A DNA stretch of 64,000 nucleotides from Takakia lepidozioides (taxonomy: Eukaryota > Plantae > Bryophyta). The notes beneath the pieces are model-generated. The model saw nothing but the letters and a program-made list of their open reading frames with translations, was not told the origin of the DNA and did no database searches. A program made the position numbers and the translations under genes. Positions within the stretch are counted from its first letter, which is position 1. Each line of letters opens with the position of its first letter. The stretch covers positions 87,482,001 through 87,546,000 of the forward strand of contig CM060731.1 in NCBI GenBank assembly GCA_030704615.1, in the 5' to 3' direction. Of this stretch, positions 60,912 through 64,000 are shown piece after piece.

Positions 60912-63225
60912 TTACTTCAGCCAAAGTCTCTTCATTACTTTGCATGTCTGCATCTTCTTTTTCCTTTCTTCCTCACTCCCTTCTTTTTCTCCATCCGAAT
61001 CAGAGGAATCTGCCACAGGAATATCAGTACTCTTTTGCATTTCCCTTATAGTATCTGCCACTTCCTTGTGCAGTTCCTTCTCATCTTTCCAAGTCTCTTC
61101 ATCTTCAGGCATATCATTGCCACTTCCAGTCTCATCTTCTTCCTCTTCTACTGGAGGTATTAGTTTGGCTTTACTTCTTGTTACTATCATTGTACTTACT
61201 TCTGGTACAACACATGGCCTAACCATGTGAGCTGCCACCACTGGGCCCTCATTCACAGGAGCTCTCATCTCATTCTGGTGTCTTATCCAGAATGAACAGG
61301 CTGCCTTGCGATGTCCTGGCTGATTACAATAGTAACATAGCTCTTCACCATTGGGTCCTCGCCCTTGGTCTGTTCTTGGATTATTTCTATAATCCTGATT
61401 CCCGGGCTGGTAATTCCCCCTTGGATTACCCTGATAGTTGCCTCTGGAATTTCCTTGGTAATTCCCTCTTGAATTACCTCTCCCTTCCATGCCATTGTTA
61501 TAACCACCAGACCTACCATAGTGGTCCTGATCATTGTTTCTTCTTGGCTGGGGCTGCACCTGATGCACCCTTACTTGCCTAGGTTCTCTTGCAGCTGTCC
61601 TTCTGTTGTAGTAACAATTCTCAGTAGAATGGTTATCCATTTTACAGATAGTACAGTGTTTCTCCTTCATGTGGCATTCTGTGGTGGTATGGCCTTCATT
61701 CTGGCACTTTGCACACCATACACCCTTCCTCCAATGTGTTGCAGCCTCTGTGGCATACTTCTTCAAGATTTCTTCCAATTTTTTTTCATAGTTATCCCTC
61801 TTCAACTTCTCCTTTCTCTTACTCTTTCTTTTTAGTTCTTGCTCTTCTTCTTCATCTGACTCATCCTCAGAGTCCTCATCTTCTTTTTCTCTCTCCTGAG
61901 CATTCCCAATTGCTCAATTCTGTTTCAAATGCCTCCTCCACTGTATTATGGGGTAACATATCCACTTTCTTTTGCAACTCTGGTCTTAGTCCACTCACAA
62001 ACCAAGTCTTCTGTAAACCGGGCGCTGGTACTGCAGCCAGCTTTTTCATCATCAATTCCATCTTCTCCATATACTCTTCAACAGTTTCATGCTTCTTCTG
62101 CTTCAGCTGTTGTAAACTTCCATACACTTCATCCTCAGTTTTACTTGTCCTGAACCTATTTCGAAATGCTGTATTCAAGCCATTCCAGGTTAGGAAATGA
62201 TTATCAGGGAATCTTGCATACCATTCACTTGCTTTCTTGATAAGTGAACAAGGAAACAGTCTCATCTTGGCATCATCGCCATTCTCATTGTTCACTATAC
62301 ACATGTGCTCAAATTGGCTAATGTGTACATCGGGATCCCCTTTTCCTGAATATATTGGAAAGGGTGGTTTTGCCCGTGTTGGTTGTAACGCCATCTGTGG
62401 CCCTACCTTCTGCCCACTGACAGGTGCTGGCACCCTTGCTGGTGCTGGTCCTTCTGGACCTGTTGTTTTTGTGGTGGATCTTCCACCAAGTGGTGGCCCT
62501 TGAGCACTCCTTGCTTCTGGCCCCACGATATTCACAGTATTCCCAGCTTCAGTTGCACTACTTCCCACACTCCCTGTCCCCCCAGAGCCAGATCCAGGCA
62601 GCCCGCCTGATCCCCCTGAGCCGACACCTTCGTTGGCCTGTGATCCAAGTGCTCCACTTGATCCAGGTCCAACGGGTTGGGATGTCCTGGTTGTAGTCTC
62701 AACCTCAGCTGTTGGGTCTACTTCTTCATATTCTTCCTCTTCTAATTTCTTCTCTCTGTTTTCATCCTCCAAGTTCTGCCCTTGGGTTTCTTCTTCACTC
62801 ATGTAACTCAACTGTAATGGTGTTGGAGAGTCTGAACTCTCCGTTGGCTCTGCCACATCCTCTTCTCCTTCTTCACCTTCTGCTTCAGAAACTGGAGTTC
62901 CTGCTTTTGGTGTTCCATGCCAACTCTTATCAAAGATTTCTGTCAAGTCTTTTATCCAAGGATGTACCTCAGATCTTTCACCTCGTGATTGATCTTCTTC
63001 CTGTACCAATTCCCTTAATCTTTCTTGCAAAGAAACAGAAGGAGTGGCATCCAACTCTAGTTCTTCCGGTATAGGTGATGCACTCTTTGATCTTAATGGT
63101 GTGAGAGGTCCAGATGATTCCCCTATGTCTATTCCTCTCTCCCAAAGATATGGATAATTAGCTTTCAGATAGCTTTCTCTTTTTGCTGAATATCTCTGTC
63201 GTCTAGCTTCTCTTTCATCACTCAT
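60912..63225 (-). CDS. gag: Gypsy gag (capsid-like domain and zinc knuckles), frameshifted
   Basis: YSGKGDPDVHISQFE...LFPCSL..KASEWY; CAKCQNEGHTTTEC, CTICKMDNHSTENC, CYYCNQPGHRKAAC. Confidence 0.9.
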
Positions 63226-63814
63226 GTCCCATGTCTTTCATTTCTTTTAATGTGGCAATAACCAAAACTCTCTTCTGTAATATCTCTCGTATATGCCTGG
63301 GTTTCTTTCAAGCTTCAATGCACCCTTGGCTATACTTGAAGTCTCCGTTACCATATAACCATATGGCAAACAAGTCTGAAAAGCTGTTCTTGGTGTGAGT
63401 TTGATCCACAAAATATCCTTTGGAATCCAATTCTTTACCAGTACAAGCTCTTCATGCATATGAGTATAAACATTCACCTTTCTTTCTTCCCAGCCTTCAA
63501 ACTCTACTCGTTTAATGGATAGCAATGCTATCACATAAACCAATGTTGGTAACCAACGTGCTCTTCCTCTACAGGCTACCTGATAAATCTTTATCACTCC
63601 TTTCTCCAGACCCCATTCTGGATCAGCATCATGCACTCGTTTAAGAATATTTTCTTTACAACCGTCTGGCAATTCCAAGAACCTTTGAAAGAATTGTTTG
63701 GACAATCTTTCTTCCTTCGTTCCACAGGGAATTTGATTCACTTCAAATTCTTTAATGGTCCAACCACCATGATCCCACCAGATGCCTGTCACATCTGGTT
63801 GTTCATGTCCCAGG

Positions 63815-63832
63815 TCCCCAGTATGGTCGCCA
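63815..63832 (-). promoter_or_regulatory. Primer-binding site, probably tRNA-Arg
   Basis: TGGCGACCATACTGGGGA lies 2 nt after the 5' LTR end. The same core follows the LTR at 37817. Confidence 0.7.
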
Positions 63833-64000
63833 AATGTCGCGCGGCTTTTACTCACCCATCCCTTCGCTATTCGAGGCGGAAACTCCAAGATAGAAGAGTT
63901 GGAAATCTCTAAGTACTCAGCCCGCGCAGAACAATCAGTCATGACCTACAGCTAGTGTATCATGGGGGTGTTTCCTATTTGTTTCCCTTTTGGTATTCAT

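Larger units (their letters stand above)
51626..64000 (-). mobile_element. Near full-length Ty3/Gypsy LTR retrotransposon, non-chromovirus type, with extra ORFs
   Basis: Order: LTR, PBS (TGGCGACCA), extra ORF, gag, PR, RT, RH, INT, extra ORFs, PPT, LTR. The 5' LTR runs out of the window. Confidence 0.95.

Overview
Repeat-dense eukaryotic DNA, most likely from a non-seed land plant (PLS-class PPR relics, group III CDPK, GT-AG introns), with a 500-N gap at 8715-9214. The only clearly intact host gene is an intronless calcium-dependent protein kinase (20896-22464, minus strand). The rest is mostly mobile DNA: a young Ty3/Gypsy element with extra ORFs (51626 to window end) and a decayed sister copy, RT+RNaseH+RLE LINE pieces, a Penelope-like RT between direct repeats, a tRNA-derived SINE pair, a MITE, and PPR, RPL27 and SEC13 gene fragments. 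The most notable signal is a family of putative DNA-transposon-like elements (terminus GGGGGCTGCTATTTCATGAG). It carries a spliced gene resembling prokaryotic beta-class N6-adenine/N4-cytosine DNA methyltransferases, present in four copies, with the catalytic motif changed to DIPD. The gene is accompanied by arrays of GGCGCC-centred palindromes and a head-to-head pair of unknown paralogous ORFs. All assignments come from motif recognition by eye; no database search was run. Many frameshifts may be assembly indel errors.
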